Source: Asterionella formosa
Lineage: Eukaryota
Direction of reading: 5' to 3'
DNA length: 40,160 nt
Assembly: GCA_002256025.1 (NCBI GenBank)
Contig: NKIB01014858.1
Span: 1 to 40,160, forward strand
The stretch's first letter is position 1, and the number at the start of each line of letters is the position of its first letter. The notes below the pieces were generated by a model. It was not told the DNA's origin and did not search any database. It saw only the letters and a program-made list of their open reading frames with translations. Positions 1 to 11,047 of the stretch are shown here, in pieces. Both the position numbers and the translations under genes were made by a program.

Positions 1-122
1 CGGTGATCAGACCAAAAAAACCGTTGGTGATACACAAAAAAAAACCAAACCGCCATTTTTGTATCATATTTCGGCGATGATACACCAATGACAACAAATA
101 ACAGAATGATAAGAACGGCCCT
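1..122. mobile_element. Right end (TIR and subterminal region) of a PIF/Harbinger-family DNA transposon that extends off the left edge
   Basis: 105-122 AATGATAAGAACGGCCCT is the reverse complement (1 mismatch) of AGGGTCGTTCTTATCATT at 38584-38601, which precedes a Harbinger transposase remnant. It abuts TTA/TAG. Subterminal TGATAC/GTATCA motifs at 28, 61 and 78 match those at the other end. Confidence 0.7.
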
Positions 123-640
123 TAGCTTATAATTTAATTTGAGATTTAGATTATCAACCGAGGAAACAGTGTGTTAATTGACAGGAAGGTCAATTACCGG
201 TAGTCTATCTAGCAGGAAGGCTAGAAGCAGAGACAAGAGAGAAAGTGAGTGGTACTAGGTAGTACTACGATCACGTAAGAGTCTACGTGAAGAGAGTCCC
301 AACCCGCGGGAAGGAGTACGGACCATTTCAACAAACGTGGTCGTTGCAATGTTGAAAGTTGAAACTACATACTACCGTACATATCAGGTACCGGTACTCA
401 GGGATCAATATTTTATTAATAGCTATATAATTATATAGAGTGCGATGACAATAATACCACGAGGAAATACGTGAAAGAGTTCGCAATTCGTGAACAAACA
501 ACAAGGCAGAACCGAGGAGCGAGTGGCAATGGTGTACCGATATACCGGTATATGAGGATGCATACCGGTAGACTAATAAAATAAATGCTGCGCATAAGAA
601 ACTTAAATAGCGGTGTGCCGCATGGTGAATCTGACCGACA

Positions 641-2305
641 ATGGCGAAGATCAACAAGAAGAAAGGGCGCATTGCTCTCCATTTCGACCAGAACCGTATT
701 GTAGTAGTGGGTGTGTTCTTTCTATTGTGTCTTTGCCTATTGCTTAGTACCCTAAATTCAGTTTGGAACCTGCCATCGCCTCTGGAACAACATGCGTTCG
801 CCTCAGCTCCAATTGCCTCGGAACGTTCGCTCTTTGACTCTGCGGCAACCGAATCTGCGATTGAGCACATAACGCATAAATTTCCTGTTCATGTGGGTCA
901 AGACTTGGAAGAAATCGACCATCCTGGCGTATTATTCTCCAAATCTGCTCCGATGGACTACCCGAAGAAAATGATGGTTCCCAAGTTCTGGGACTCGTCG
1001 GCGTATGGACCAGGAGGCGCTAGAGTTTATCTAGGAAACTACGGAGAGAGACTTCCAACTCCAGAAGAAGCGGCGAGTATTGGAAGCTGGATCAATGGAT
1101 TAGAAACGATTTACATTTCTGTTGCTAGTTACCGCGATCCGGAATGTGGACCTACCATTGAATCTATCTATGCAAGGGCGAAACATCCCGAGCGAATTCG
1201 TGTGGCTGTAATTAGTCAAACAGATCAAGCTGTCGACCCTGACTTTTGTGGTCCTGAAACTCCCTGTGATCAAAATCCATCGCAGGCATACTGCAAGTGG
1301 AAAGATCAGGTGGATATTTTTCATGTCGACGCAAAGTTGGCAGTCGGACCCGTCTTTGCCCGACATCTTGGACATCGTATGTTTCGTGGAGAGTACTTTG
1401 CGATGCAAGCGGATTCTCACATTAGATTTGTCGATGATTGGGACGAAGATATTATTTTTCAGTGGAAATCTGCAAGAAACGAAATGGGTGTTTTGACTAC
1501 TTATCTCTCTGACATTATTGGTAGTATTGACCCGGTGACCAACAAGTCAAAACATCCTGGACGACCGATTATGTGCCAGAGTGACTATGAGGGAGAAGGC
1601 CAGCTCAAGCACTTGAGACATGGGCAGCAACCGGAAGGACCGCCTGGTATCAAGGGCCAGCCAACTTTGCACCCTTTCTGGGCTGCTGGGTTCTCCTTTG
1701 CTCGTGCCCATTTTGTAGTTCAATGTCCGTATGATCAGTATCTTCCCATGGTATTTCAAGGAGAAGAGATCAGTATGGGATTGAGAGGATTTTCTTATGG
1801 CTATGACTACTACGCTGCTGAACGATCTGTTTGTTTTCACATGTACGCCATTGCTGAAAATAAGGAAAAGCGCAAGAATATTCACCTGTTCTGGGAAAAT
1901 ACGAGAGCGTACATCGGAGCTGAATTGAGAGCTATGAAGCGACTAAATGGTATCATTCATTTTACGACCGATCCTTATGATACGGTCGACGAGCAGAAGT
2001 ATGGTCTCGGGAAGGTTAGGGAAACTCAGAAATTTTTCGAAACGTTTGGAATTCACACCGAGAAACAAGAAGTCGAACAGAACCTCTGCAAGTTTGTGGG
2101 AAAACCTATGATGAAAGAGTTCATGCCGCATCTGCGACCCAATCGCATGGGTATAAACTATGATGAAATCACTTACCGGTTTGTGGATCCCGTTCACACC
2201 AAGAAAGTTGCAGCAAAACCAGTCAACCACAAGCTGCACAAGTTAGACGACAAGGAAAAAGTTGCGGAACTTATTCGTAAAGCAGCACAAAAACGCAAGG
2301 GCTAA
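641..2305 (+). CDS. GT60-family polypeptide/hydroxyproline N-acetylglucosaminyltransferase (Skp1-GlcNAcT-like), type II membrane protein, 554 aa
   Basis: Motifs TIYISVASYRDPEC, GPVFARH, QADSHIRF..DWD, FWAAGFSF and PYDQYLPMVFQGEE. A short basic N-terminus followed by one TM helix gives a Golgi-type topology. Confidence 0.88.
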   Translation: MAKINKKKGRIALHFDQNRIVVVGVFFLLCLCLLLSTLNSVWNLPSPLEQHAFASAPIASERSLFDSAATESAIEHITHKFPVHVGQDLEEIDHPGVLFSKSAPMDYPKKMMVPKFWDSSAYGPGGARVYLGNYGERLPTPEEAASIGSWINGLETIYISVASYRDPECGPTIESIYARAKHPERIRVAVISQTDQAVDPDFCGPETPCDQNPSQAYCKWKDQVDIFHVDAKLAVGPVFARHLGHRMFRGEYFAMQADSHIRFVDDWDEDIIFQWKSARNEMGVLTTYLSDIIGSIDPVTNKSKHPGRPIMCQSDYEGEGQLKHLRHGQQPEGPPGIKGQPTLHPFWAAGFSFARAHFVVQCPYDQYLPMVFQGEEISMGLRGFSYGYDYYAAERSVCFHMYAIAENKEKRKNIHLFWENTRAYIGAELRAMKRLNGIIHFTTDPYDTVDEQKYGLGKVRETQKFFETFGIHTEKQEVEQNLCKFVGKPMMKEFMPHLRPNRMGINYDEITYRFVDPVHTKKVAAKPVNHKLHKLDDKEKVAELIRKAAQKRKG

Positions 2306-2338
2306 CATTATAACAATAGACACCAGTGTGAAAATAAT

Positions 2339-3934
2339 CTATCGTTGCACTTGTGCTAGGGCCTTCCAAACTCCCGTTTTGGATTTGAATCTAAGGAAAC
2401 TAGTAACGACCTGAGTAGCCATAAAGGCCGCAAGAGCCATCCATATTTGGTTCAATGAAACCATGTTGCCTCCTTTGCCCCAAAACTTGAGGAGTCCAAC
2501 ACAAGCAAAGTTGGCTAGCCACATACACCACATCGAAAACTTCCAGTCCAGTCCGCCCATGATAATTCCGTTCAAGGGATAAGCTAGACCTTTGAGAACT
2601 TGCGTTAGCAAGACGACAGGAAATATAGTGGATGCCGCATTTCGAATGTCCAAGTTCGTCGTCAAGCCCATAAGAATAGAATTTCTTTGCAGGTATGTTG
2701 TCAAGGACAACAAGGTAGCGACTCCTCCGCCAATCCAAATGGATTGTTGGATTAAGTGCTGAATCAATTTGGCTCGCACCGCTGGCGAATGCGACTGTTT
2801 GTCGGCAATTTCTCTGGCCAATAAGGTTTGAACGGACACAGCGACTGCTTCACATATTTGCGTCGTGGCAAATCCAAGTTGAAAAGTCAAATTGTAGGCT
2901 GCTGCAGCCACAGATCCCAGCATGGCAGCTTGACGAGCACAGACGGAGTAGGCCAGTACTTTGCCAAGCGTTCTAAACAGGACATATCCTCCCGCTTCCA
3001 TGTATGACTTGAGCGATGTTCCCAGTGCTTTGAGTTGTCCAAGAATATCAATGGAAACTTTTCGATTCAATGCCAGCATCAATGGAACTAATGCAATATA
3101 TTGCGCCAGGGCAGTTCCCGCTGCTGCTCCACTAGCTCCAAAGTTAAGTGTGAATATAAATAAAGGATCAAAAATCGCATTAAGCAGCGTAAAGCCAAGA
3201 CTGTAGATCAAAGGTGTTTTAGTATCACCAAGGCCACGGAATATGCCATTGGTAACCAACCAAAGAGTTGCGGCTGGGGTTCCAAGTGCCCGCACACGAA
3301 GGTAGGAGACCGCCGAATGCCACATGAGGTTCGAAGAATTCACACCCATGCCCCGAATAATTCCATTCGTCAGAAGAGAGTATACTACCATTTGAACAAA
3401 TCCAACAACAAATGCCAAGAGCAGAGCGGAGGAGACAGCGATCGATAGGTCCTTTTTGGCATCCTCTTCAGTAGTCTCTGTTCCCCTAGACTTTCCGTCC
3501 TGAGACGCAACGAGAGATATGGAAGTGCGCAAAAGGGGATCATTGTATAGCTTGGAAACTGCGTACTGAGCCGAAATAGCGACACCGGCTCCTCCCAATA
3601 CTTCAGGCCCAAGTCTTCCGAGATAGGCCGTGTCAACTAAACTTGCAAGGGGTTCGGCTGCTAGCTGAACGAAAGCAGGAAGTCCAATGGATAGAAATTC
3701 TCGAGATAACTTCTTCTTTAGGGCTGGGATATTTTCTTCTGGTTCAGTAGCAACATCAACAGCTTCTGCTTTCAACTGTACTTGTCGCTGTCGAGGAGAG
3801 GGAAAGCGAGGAACTGTCGTTGACAGCTTGTGTGGTATCCTTGATCCCGCCGGAATCACAAGAGCTTCTGATGCCGAGAATAGCAGCAAATTGGAGATAA
3901 TATGGAGAAGCACGCATGATGGTGGAAACTTCAT
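2339..3934 (-). CDS. MATE (DinF-like) efflux transporter, probably plastid-targeted, 531 aa
   Basis: Motifs EPLASLVDTAYLGRLG, GIFRGLGDTKTPL, FGASGAAAGT and GIIMGGLDW, with multiple TM helices. N-terminal signal peptide (...ASEA|LV) followed by a basic transit-like stretch. ATG at 3934. Confidence 0.92.
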   Translation of the reverse strand: MKFPPSCVLLHIISNLLLFSASEALVIPAGSRIPHKLSTTVPRFPSPRQRQVQLKAEAVDVATEPEENIPALKKKLSREFLSIGLPAFVQLAAEPLASLVDTAYLGRLGPEVLGGAGVAISAQYAVSKLYNDPLLRTSISLVASQDGKSRGTETTEEDAKKDLSIAVSSALLLAFVVGFVQMVVYSLLTNGIIRGMGVNSSNLMWHSAVSYLRVRALGTPAATLWLVTNGIFRGLGDTKTPLIYSLGFTLLNAIFDPLFIFTLNFGASGAAAGTALAQYIALVPLMLALNRKVSIDILGQLKALGTSLKSYMEAGGYVLFRTLGKVLAYSVCARQAAMLGSVAAAAYNLTFQLGFATTQICEAVAVSVQTLLAREIADKQSHSPAVRAKLIQHLIQQSIWIGGGVATLLSLTTYLQRNSILMGLTTNLDIRNAASTIFPVVLLTQVLKGLAYPLNGIIMGGLDWKFSMWCMWLANFACVGLLKFWGKGGNMVSLNQIWMALAAFMATQVVTSFLRFKSKTGVWKALAQVQR

Positions 3935-4161
3935 CACGTTGCTGAGATTTGGAGAGTGCGAAGGCAGAGTTGTGGGTGGGCTTACAATAGCAGAGGAAAC
4001 CGATACCGTACCCGGTACTGTATTTTATCCGGGTATTTGTTCAGGTATTATTATCGCTGGTATACGACGATGGTGGTGTAATAATGATCTTGTCCTGCCT
4101 GATTATCTAAAGATTGACCACTCAAACGGAGACCTGTCGTTGGGCCATTTATCTTCATATA

Positions 4162-4947
4162 TAGGGGCTCACAACTAAATCGCAAGTCCCCCCGAATACG
4201 AAGAATAATCCTGGTTGTTAACCTAATGAATATTTTTTGGGGTCATCCACGAAATTGACCCAATCCTCTTATTTCGATGAATAATCCTCGAATACTGTAC
4301 GAGGATTGGAAAACGTGGATTGTTCCACCAATCAGAGCCTTTTAAATGTTCATAATCACACCCGGATCAATAGTGAATCGTCATCACACACTGGTAATGC
4401 TATAGCATATCATATATTTGTTGTTTTATATCATTATAATTGTAACATGAAACGAGTACTCCACTGTCATTGTTCTGAATATTTCTTGAGTAATATCAAC
4501 AATGTGTCAAGCCTTGGAAGCAGCAGTGGTTGTCATGGCAACTACCAGCTGTGCGCTGTATTGCGCAATGAGCTCGTATCCCAGTTCTTTTCCAGTTTGG
4601 AGATAAGCTCAACTGCGAAAAAGCGCCAAATCGATGATCTTCACAACCAAACAACAAGGCTAAAGAAAATAGAAAGTAACATGCTCATGCTCCAAAGCAA
4701 GACTCATGATGGTGGAAGAAGTTCCTCACTGCCAGATGAAAAGTGCATTGTACAGATGGACCATGCAACATTGGGGAGCAAGAGATTTTTTGCAAATTTT
4801 TGGGTTGTATATAATGTATTCTGTTTGATGTATGATGTGACAATCTCAAAGGAATCATGGTTTGATCCATTGAAGGAAGATTGCACTATTCTTCTTGTCT
4901 GCAACAAGGATCTCGACTTGGTGCTCTTATTTGGTGCTGTACTATGA
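4162..4947 (+). mobile_element. Possible degenerate hAT-like transposon left end and transposase remnant
   Basis: TAGGGGCTCACAAC at 4162 resembles hAT termini and is followed by repeated AATCC/GGATT/GAATA motifs. The segment KKRQIDDL..LKKIESNMLMLQS loosely resembles stramenopile hAT-like proteins. No matching right TIR was found. Confidence 0.3.
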
Positions 4948-6769
4948 TATTCAATTAGTAGCAACTGGTGCTTCCCATTTGCATGTGTTTATCAAAACTG
5001 ACATCTGGCTCCCTGGGCGGAGGTACACCGAAAATTTTCCTTCTCATGCTGTATGCTCCACAATATTCTATTATACAGTGATAGTTGCTCACCTTGACTT
5101 TGTTGCAGGTTTTGACACACTGCATGTTGCATATACAGTGCAAGGTGACTGCACGGAATTACATGTTCCTAGCTAAGTACTACACACAGCAACTTGAATG
5201 AAACAGCTGCTGATTAAAAAACAATGGTGGAATCAAGTGCATCTAGCTTCTTGTAGATCATTATGAAAAATTTCGTAAAAGAGTAAATTAGCAAGATAGC
5301 TTAAAAATATGTACAGTAGTATTAGCCCAAGTATCTACATGATACACTATATTCATGGGTATTAAGTATGTTGCCTACTTTGTTCCTGCTCATCTGAGCT
5401 GTGCATAGAAAAGCATGAACCACAACATTAAATGCTCATTAGATTTCTAATTCCATCACATCAAATGGAACAGACAAATTTGTTGCAATCAATGCAAAGG
5501 TGTTCACTGGCTGCTGATGACTTGCCAGTCAATGCAAATCTCACCAAGTCCTTAAGAGTTATCAAACTCATCTTTACGAGCAGTACAGGGAATTGATGTT
5601 GTATTTGCTTGAGTTTGGAAAGGAGCCACATCTTCCAAAACGCTTTCTAAACTCGCTCATGACACAATTGTCAGTCATATCACTTGTAGGGGACAGACAG
5701 GCTTAGTGGTTACTACTAGCACACTTTCTGCCATGGCGAGCGGATTCGATTACTGCATTCTCCACCTGTCTTTTCATGTAGTACTCACTAGGGCTCCAGG
5801 GGGTGCGTGTGGCAAAAGACAGGTCCCGTTGTACCGTAAGGACAAATAAAACCAGTACTAATTGTGTCCATTTATTTGGGCCCAAGTGCGATTTTTGGAT
5901 AACTTTGAGATACTATAAAATTAAATTGAAAATTTTTAAGTCATAACACTTGCACTCTCGATTCAATAAGTTTGCAAGGAAGGTTAATGTTCAAAGCAAT
6001 TCAAATCAGCGGCTTGTTATCTGTCTTCAGTTATTATCTGCTTGAACCTCTTGTATGGCTAGCTAGGTGTCAAGATAAGCAACAATCTCATCGGCTTTTC
6101 CCTTTTTTCAAGTTTGCGCTGCTTGAAAATTAAGCATTTTCATATCTATCATGGTTGGGCTTTTTGTTTTTCTTGGCGATGAATTATTATTATCATTAAT
6201 TATTCCTTCTTTGAGAAGATTTTGAATCGCTTTCTTACCTCCGTCACTTGCAGCTCCAATAAATCTTGCAGCGGGCGACAACATGGCAGTAATATTGCAA
6301 GCCGATGCAAACTGACTTTTCGTCACTGTCACACGGTGCCGACTTGACTTCTTTCTGCTGACTTGGATCAAACAAGTATGATAATCAGCTGCAGTCAAGA
6401 TGTAACCATCTTCGCTATTGACCAAATATTCCAGTCCTTGGTGGCAAGCGACACAGTGTGAGAACTTGGGAACGATAGTTTGAGTTGGCAACGTCTGCTC
6501 CTTGTTGTTGCAATCCATGCACGACTTCTTTGCCAAGAAGCCACCTAGCAATCATTTCTGTCAAGAGAAGTTCAACCGTCAAGGAACTGAAGGACCATCT
6601 TATATAGCTGCCGGCATCATTCAAAATTAGTTTAATATTTGTCTACATTAATGAGGAGTACATTATATGTATTGTAATTATGTATTCACTCATTAAACCA
6701 TAAATGTTAGGCTGCCGGCGCGAGCCACAATCTAAACCAATAGAAATGCTTCTTTTATGTTGCTACGGT

Positions 6770-7054
6770 CGGAGTCTAATCGACCATAACCTGCAAGTGG
6801 CGGTAATTTTGCTAAACTAAAGATTTAGCTATTTTTATCCAAGATTTAATTGTTCATTTAAGCAAAATGACCGCAACTTGTTATTATTTGGTCGATAAGG
6901 GGGTCATCTTCAAACAAGACCAAAGCATATTTGGTCTTGGTCGATGTGTTGGCTAAAATATTTTTGCTTTTTCGACCAACACAACAAATCATGATGTGTA
7001 ATGACCCGCAACTTCAATTGGCTTGATATTTGGTCGATGCGGTGGACATGCTCT
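6770..7054. mobile_element. Probable DNA-transposon end (Tourist/Harbinger-like TIR with subterminal repeats)
   Basis: The terminus reads GAGCATGTCCACCGC on the minus strand, similar to Tourist-type GAGCATCTCCA. Five TGGTCGA/TCGACCA motifs occur at 6780, 6889, 6938, 6972 and 7031. The partner end was not found. Confidence 0.45.
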
Positions 7055-9550
7055 AGATACTAAGTGCAACCAATAATAATCCCTGCACATGTGCCAGACC
7101 AGCTGAAGGATCATGATGTGGTTGCAAATTCTGAGGTATGATACCAGTAGCCTGGTACCTGGTACCGGTACCAGAATATATTCTGCTTGGACTTTCTAGA
7201 AATTCTTGGATGTTACTCAGAGTAGCTGTTTTTCCTTTGGTAAGCAAACTTGAATTAGGAACTGAATCTCTGCTGGTGACCCTACCGTAATACCGGTTCG
7301 CAAAGAAAAGTACTCCCAACCCTAATGTACCACCCCTCTGCTGCTACAAATCATCAAGTACTGGTATCCAACCCTTATACTCCTAGCTAACCCTATATAA
7401 AGTACCATACCGTTGCTGAAGGCAAGAATACACGCCCTTGGTGGTCTCATGCCTGCGAGAACACATGTGTACGAGAAGGCGTGTAGCCACCGAGTAGGGT
7501 ATTGCTGAGGCAATTCACAAACTAGCTATCGTCACGCCATTTGCTTACCTACTGCCCACTCATCGAGTGTAAATGTCAATTTTAGCTCACTATAGTCCAT
7601 CATATAAGATATATTTCGTATATTTCCTATCTTCACATCGAAATTGGCAATGGGTCCGATATTGCCCATAGTTAAAATATATTTTGTGCATTTCCTATCT
7701 TCGCATTTTGGCATTACAATTTGTAGCAATTGCCCCTTGGTTTTCCAGCCCTGGGATTGCCGAAATTGGCAAGGGGTCTACTTAAGGAAGCCATTTTATA
7801 TACTCTGCAGATTTCAATAATTTATATCTAGAATTCACCTCTTTTTTGGTTGTCTCCTGAAAAGTGGTGGACTCTGGCAATTCACCTTTCACCATGCCGA
7901 TTGTCGTCCATCATGACCGGGTTGAAGCGAAATCAGTTCTAGTGATGACACCAGTAGCGATTCATTGTCTAACGGATATGGTTGGTTGTTGGATTGTTTG
8001 TCTTCTCGAGGGATTCATGTAGTCGCATCGTCCATATTTCGTCGGACGAATGATGATATTGATACATCTGATGTTGGCGGCAAGTTTTTGCTCCGGTCAT
8101 GCATGTGAGATGCTTATCGGACATTATACCAGTAGTCATCTAGCCTACATATGTACGTGGTACTTGAAACAACCATGGATGGTTTAAGCTAAACTTTAAC
8201 GCTTACTTTAAGCACATAATAATATTATCTCTGTAGACTCGGTATTATTTTTACGAGACCTGAATGTTAAATTGTATTGTTTACATATTGATTGATTCTA
8301 TGTACTAGCTATATGCCCGATTTCGTCCTCACAATTATAATTCTCGCTCTATCCTGCCTGCCGTTGCTCAATTTGGGCTTGTTGCAAAAGGAACTTTCGA
8401 CTTTCTTATGAGCCCATCGTCTGCTGTGTGTTACGCTTGTTAGAGCGGATCGGTGAGAACAACAGTGAATCACTGAATGTGATCATAGATAGTACTAATT
8501 GTCGAATTTCCGATTTGATTGCTTCCATGGTCCGTTTTGATCACTTCCATCGTTGTTTGTCGTTCCGCACTGTCGTTTTGTTTCGATTGTATCTATCTAC
8601 ATAAGAACCAGTGTATTTATCGAGGACTAGTACTCTTTGATGACATATTGTTGTTGATTGTATTTGTTGATGTGTATAGTCATTTCTTACCATGATGTCA
8701 ATCATATTGCCACCAAGCAATGCTTTTCTTGTACTAACGCGCTTTGCTAAATTTCTAATACGAGTTCGTATCACAAGCTACATAAATACTCAGCTAGAGG
8801 GGATCGATAGTAGTGCTGGAGCAGCTTGGCAATTACACTTGCTCAGAATGGAATGATCAGTGTTGTTTGGTGGGAGGAAGAACGACTGTGTGTGGAGGAA
8901 GCACTGCAAGCAAATTGGGTCAGGCTTTACAATGCAGATTTCAATTGGGTTGAGTTTTTTTCTTATCTGTTTTGTTTTGCTCTTTGATGTTGTGATGGAA
9001 AGTCATTGTTACCTGTGTACTAAGTGCTACAATGCATACGTTTCCATTGAAACTCCTATTTTTTACGTCATTTCTAACCCAAATTTTTTTCTATTTCTCA
9101 TTTGACACTACTCATTACATCGCATTTCATACTTTGGTTGCTCCAAACATCACGTTCAATTTTCATTGATGTTGCATGTTACAATCATTCTCGTGTGTTT
9201 TACGCTCGTTGTTCCCTTTTTATGTATTTTACCGTTATTCTGGTTGTCATGCTAAAAACGGCAATTTAATGCCGAAAAATTCGATATGCCCCATATTGCC
9301 CCTAAAAAAATTTCTTAACAAATTAGTTAGAGCCTAAAAATTACTTAGAATTACCCGAATGGCAAGACGATATGCGTAGCTTGAGCGGGAATTGCTGGCA
9401 AAACTGAAGTAGTCTACCACCCACACCCCTACAAAATATACCAGCGTACGATTGTGGATGCCCAAGCCAAGCAAGTGTTACACCTTTTTTTTTCACCGCT
9501 CTTTTCTTTCATTATGTTTTACTCCACGATTTATGCATGACACTGTGACG

Positions 9551-10588
9551 ATGAAGGCTTCAACGGTGGCAACTCGACCATTTTTGTTATTTTGCTTCGT
9601 CGTCTTACTGCTCCACCCTTTGCATGTGTCGTCTTTTTCCTTTCGATCTGGAGCTGGCCCGGTTCGACGCAGCGACAAGCGAGATCAACCGCGGTTACCG
9701 GTAGCAATGGCAAAAAATCCTGCCGATAAAGAGAAGTTGCAAACTCCCGGTACCAGTACTACCGTCCTCTCGAAATCCTCTCAAAGAGGAATTGTGTGGA
9801 AGGTCGCCTTAGGATCATTATTTTCGGTTTCCCTGGCTGCCAAGGGTGGATTGCTTGGTAGTGACTATCCCGATGCTACAATTTTGCAGGATCTCAAAGC
9901 TGCCTTGCTTTGTGGCGTGTTGGGATTCCTTTATGTAAAACTCGTGTCTTGGTTGGTGAGCAAGGAGGTGCTGCAACCAAAGGTGTCGCGCAAAATCATT
10001 CATATTGGATCCGCACCACTTTTCATGTTATTTTGGCCTCTCTTTTCGCAAAGTGGACGTTTCTTTGCCGCCTGTATCCCCCTCATTACGGCAGTGCGAC
10101 TTTATCTTGCAGCGACCGGAGAAAGGAACGAGTCGGAATTTGCCAATGCAATATCTAGAAGTGGCGATGTCAAGGAAGCATTGGGTGGTCCCTTTCTGTA
10201 TGTCGTTATTTTGATTCTTAGCATCCTCTTGTTTTGGACTGACAACTGCGTTGGTGTTGTTGCCATGTCCACCATGGCAGCTGGTGATGGTATGGCTGAT
10301 ATCATCGGAAGACAACTAGGAAAGAATAATAAATGGTTCTTTGCACCAGACAAGTCAATAGCAGGGTCGGCAGCATTTCTTGTCTCGGGGACAGCGGTTA
10401 CCATTGGCATATTGATATGGCTGTCAACTGCTGGTTGCTTGACACTTCCAATGCCAATACCAGAATTGGCGACACAGGTTGCATTAATCACATCTGCGTG
10501 TGCATTGATAGAGCTACTTCCAATCGGGGACGACAATTGGACTGTTCCGTTGAGTGCTGCTTTATTATCATCCATATTTTTAGTGTAA
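9551..10588 (+). CDS. VTE5: CTP-dependent phytol/farnesol kinase (VTE5/FOLK family), plastid-targeted, 345 aa
   Basis: Motifs SRKIIHIGSAP, SRSGD..EALGGPFLY, GDGMADIIGR, KSIAGS and ELLP.GDDNWTVP. Signal peptide followed by VSS|FSF. The VTE5 versus FOLK paralog assignment is not resolved. Confidence 0.88.
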   Translation: MKASTVATRPFLLFCFVVLLLHPLHVSSFSFRSGAGPVRRSDKRDQPRLPVAMAKNPADKEKLQTPGTSTTVLSKSSQRGIVWKVALGSLFSVSLAAKGGLLGSDYPDATILQDLKAALLCGVLGFLYVKLVSWLVSKEVLQPKVSRKIIHIGSAPLFMLFWPLFSQSGRFFAACIPLITAVRLYLAATGERNESEFANAISRSGDVKEALGGPFLYVVILILSILLFWTDNCVGVVAMSTMAAGDGMADIIGRQLGKNNKWFFAPDKSIAGSAAFLVSGTAVTIGILIWLSTAGCLTLPMPIPELATQVALITSACALIELLPIGDDNWTVPLSAALLSSIFLV

Positions 10589-11047
10589 GAAGCCGCTCTC
10601 AGGTTCAACGAGGCAACCGTTTCCTTTGCTTTCCTTTTCATCGTGCTATTGTGTCTACCGGGCTTTAAAATAGACGATAGTAACATTTTGTTGCGGCAAG
10701 CATTAAACATTAGACGACATTCGCGGCCAATTCGTTTAGGACTACATTTTTGCCAAGAACTCCGAATGAAAATCCCTGCAGATCAGATTCGCCCCTTTCT
10801 CACAACTCTAAAATGGTCACAACTGGACGAACCGTTGCCATGTGCTCAGATTTAAAATAAGAAAGCCCTTCGAGTCAAGACATACACATATATCTGGCAG
10901 AACATTGCTACTCTGAAAGTGGCAAGTATCATAACCATGATGGTGTTTGCAATTATATCAGTCCACGACAGCACGTCTTGATGTTAGGATGTTCACGAAA
11001 CAAGCGAGGCAGTAACCATTGCTGGGGACATGAAGATAGTGGAAAAT

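Noticed and set aside
123..333. Possible copia solo-LTR fragment (minus strand begins TGTTGAAAT)
   Set aside because: No second LTR, PBS, PPT or TSD is visible, and a TGTTG start alone is too weak.
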